Source: Balanoglossus misakiensis
Taxonomy: Eukaryota; Animalia; Hemichordata
Reading direction: 5' to 3'
DNA: 64,000 nucleotides
Assembly (NCBI GenBank): GCA_040954595.2
Contig: CM082582.2
Location: 8,000,063 to 8,064,062, forward strand
The position numbers and the translations under genes were made by a program. Within the stretch, counting starts at the first letter, position 1; every line of letters starts with the position of its first letter. The notes beneath the pieces are model-generated. The model saw nothing but the letters and a program-made list of their open reading frames with translations. It ran no database searches and was not told where the DNA came from. Shown one piece after another: positions 60,676 through 64,000 of this stretch.

Positions 60676-63600
60676 AAAATACAATGTGTTACCCTGACTA
60701 AAGTTCCTTGATGTTCCCTTCTAAAGGTGCACCTTCTTTTCCTGCTCGGTGAATTTGGTGTTCAGAGTGTGACATGCATTGTTTCACGCATGTTGTGACG
60801 TCACATTGTAAATCTGCATAACTCATACCCCCAAGCAAGACGCAAGCTGTGCTTCAGCAAGCAAGCAAGACAATTTGAATAAATTTCTCTGTGTAACCAA
60901 ATCACTGCATCAAAGTAACGACTAGACAGCTTTGCCCGTAGATACGGTCTAAAAGACAAGTGGAGTCGTTGCACTGGTGGAGAATCCGGTTACTATTTCA
61001 GATTCCACTTTGTATTCGTCGCCGTTTCTGCGAGGGCTGTTCCCGCGCAAACGACATTCTTTTTCGTCGTGTCCGTCGGCCATTGTGCGATCAGAAGCAG
61101 GGCAAATGGGTGCATTTTTTAGTTAAACCTGAAAGAATTTAATTACATCTTAATCCCTGTACGGATCAAGACGTGGTTCAGTGGGAGTGGTTGAAGGCAG
61201 CTTTCACCAGAACAGAATTTTTGCCGCGATTTCTGATGCAACGTCACCATGAGTGTGCACACGGATCATTTCACTCAGGGGATGTCTCCAACCGACCGCG
61301 CTCAGTTTTGATTACGGCTCCGCTAGCAACTGTAATTACCTGAAATTACCATAAGATGGAGTCCTAATCAAGTTAATGAGCCACAGTTTTTCCTATTAGT
61401 GGGGTCTATATGAGGTCTTAAGAAAGCGATTGTAACTGTGATTGAAATAGCAGCCGTTTGACGCCAGGTAACCCGTCGCATGGTTAACGTGTTTTAACTG
61501 AAATAAAAACTCGTTTTATTGATTGTACACGAAAGTGTCCAAATTCCCAGACGCAGTGGAGGCATTTTGGCATCCGACTCGCAGGAGATGCATTAATTTT
61601 AGGGCTTATTTTGAAGAGCGAATGTTTTTCCCCGGTTGTCCAGCAACCTTTGATTTCTCTGTGACATCTGTAACCGACCGAGACTGTAATAAACCCCATC
61701 AAGGTTACGTCATTTGGTTTCTTCAAGAAGAGGTCGAAACCGTAAATACTTTTTTTCAGTTTCATTATTTTCTCATAAACATCTATTTGCTTTTTCGTGC
61801 TCTTGCATATTCTCCCATTTTGAACGTATGTGTGAAAATAGTGCAAGATGATTCCCTGTATAGTGATGACGCGCCATCTTTGCCCTTAATTTTTGGGTTC
61901 GTGGCAGAAGTTCTCTGTGTCGTTCAGCTTCCATGAACATGTTCGGTCGTCAAACTAAAACTGTCGTCTGCTTGTGCTTCTAAAGAAATGTTGGTAGTGG
62001 TTTAGAGGAATGGCCTAACTTCTTCGCTATCGTGACCTAACAATCATTACCTGTATCGACAGGGACATTGCTGAACACAAGAACTTCTCGATTGGCAGAA
62101 TACCTATAGTTAGCCTACAAAATGAAACGTCAGTAGACGGCTACTTTCCCGCCCTTTACTGCAAGGAATGCAATTGTCGTTATAGGGGCTGCAGGTCTAT
62201 ATATAAGGAGAGGTTTTTAATATTTGTCTGCTAAATCTTCGCTGTCGGCTCCCTATTATGTCTGAATCTTCTTTCGTGTTCGGCACTTAACTCGATGCCA
62301 CAGCGTCTGCAGGGCCGGAGTTATTTCACTGCACAGCAATCGTTTTTCGATCAGTTTTCTCTGTTGGAATTTTTGACGCATCAAGCACGATTGCAATATG
62401 TGGCCGGTGAAGTGGCCTGGCATTGTCGGTGCGGCAACGTGCCGTTGTGGCCTTTTCTGACATCAACAGGGAGACCAAATAAACGCTAACGTTTCCGAGT
62501 GTATAATTTGAATATTTGCTGTTTCGCTCCCGTGAGGAGCATCCACAAAATTCTTTTCTGCTTCGACTCTGGCGACGGCAGAGAGCATGAGAAGAATTCC
62601 TAGAATGTGCCACTGTGGGACAACCACCTGTTTTCTGGCCGAAATGGAGCAAAGACGTATATCATGTTGAACGTCAGCGATCTTACACGGTGTTTCTGAT
62701 TGGTCTCTGAAAGTGTCTCAAGCAGGTGCACACCAGGTGCATGCATGTAATAAGTACGTTGCTACCTATTAGATTAGACCTTCCCCACGAGCTGGTATAA
62801 TGTCGTATATGAAGTGAAAATACATAAATGTATACATACATCAACTGTTTTTTGGAGTAGTACATAGTGATGATGAGTATGAATCAACAATATAACGGCC
62901 TCATGAGACTATACAAAAACATCTCCAGTGAGAGACGGAGTAGCAAGCAATAGTTCTGACGCATGCGCGCTGGACGACAGTGCCCCTTCAGTAACTTTTA
63001 ATACCATGACTTCCAGTACATGTTTATATAGACTACTTAAAATGACATCCGTCAACGGGACTTCTTGTTAACTCCCTGAAATTAAACCAATCGAGCCACG
63101 CATGAGTTCATCTTTTTTATGCACACTTGATTCCCGCTGTCGCTGTAGACTAAAAGTTGTTTTCCAGTTTGCGTCGCCAAACAAAGCGGACCATTAGATG
63201 CGACGAACAAACGAGCGAGATATATTGATCATACTTCTCCAGTTCTAGTTAATCTTTCCCGTGCGTCACGGAATCGGTCACAAACACGATCATTGATATA
63301 ATGCCATGGCTCTGTATGGAAGAATCAGTCAATATTTCAGTTTTCGGTCACGAATTTGACGTAAATAAGCCGACCTTCCACGGTATCTGAATTTCTGATG
63401 AGATGATTAGAAAAAGTGACGTGGGAGAAAATTTGCCCGTGAACTTATCACTACAAACGCGGACAGAAGTTTATGCCTTGAGGGGATACCTTCCCTCTTC
63501 CCCACGTCACAAAATTTCCCAAAACCCGACAACAAATCGAAAAGTGTTCACAAACGTCAATTTTTTTGCTGCTTGCGCACCTTGTGTGTCTGGCGCTCTG

Positions 63601-64000
63601 ATGACACTAACAACGATCATCAGCAGAAAATGTCAAATCACAAAAATAGCCCATTATCCTCCAAAAAAGAATACACCGAAACCATGACAACGGCAAAGTG
63701 ATAGCCTGTCCTCTTCGAAAGTGTTTAGGGCTATCGGTCTGGCGTGACAGAAAGAAAAGGGTACTTTATTTCACGGCGCACCTAGTCAATAAATGCATCG
63801 TGGAAAGTGATAACCGAGAGTATCACACTATTGAAATAAAAGTACGTCGGCGTGATCATCGCGTGGTATACCCTGAAAAACATGATCCCTTTTTGCGTGA
63901 TTCAAAACCTTGCTGACAGTCAAGTTTCTGTTTTCCTCCAAAGCGCTGAATGGCGGTGTTGCAAGCGCGATGTTATCGCCGATTTGGCAGCCGAAACGAC

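Larger units (their letters stand above)
51507..64000 (+). other. Large intron of TRHR-like gene (continues beyond window)
   Basis: GTAAGT donor at 51507. No listed downstream ORF encodes TM6/TM7 motifs (W-x-P-Y/F, N/DPxxY). Confidence 0.75.

Overview
Eukaryotic genomic DNA from an animal, most plausibly a marine invertebrate deuterostome (inferred from the two proteins, the repeat types and the CpG pattern; not provable here). Two + strand genes are visible. (1) The 3.27-kb terminal coding exon (1199-4470) and probable ~2.8-kb 3' UTR of a Friend-of-GATA (ZFPM/FOG/U-shaped) zinc-finger cofactor, with 11 fingers in this exon (five FOG-type CCHC) and a PLDLS CtBP motif. (2) The promoter, probable non-coding first exon and first coding exon (50511-51506, TM1-ICL3) of a thyrotropin-releasing-hormone-receptor-type GPCR; its TM6-TM7 exon lies beyond the window. 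About 42 kb of CpG-rich DNA with no recognisable gene lies between them. It carries TTAA-flanked (Kolobok-like) MITE fragments, a Helentron-like fragment, short tandem duplications, and more RFX X-boxes and perfect CRE sites than expected. The main observation is the direct FOG-TRHR adjacency, which recalls the vertebrate Zfpm1-Trhr2 and ZFPM2-TRHR linkage and suggests an ancient microsyntenic regulatory block. No rRNA, tRNA, CRISPR array or autonomous transposon was found. Almost all other listed ORFs look spurious.
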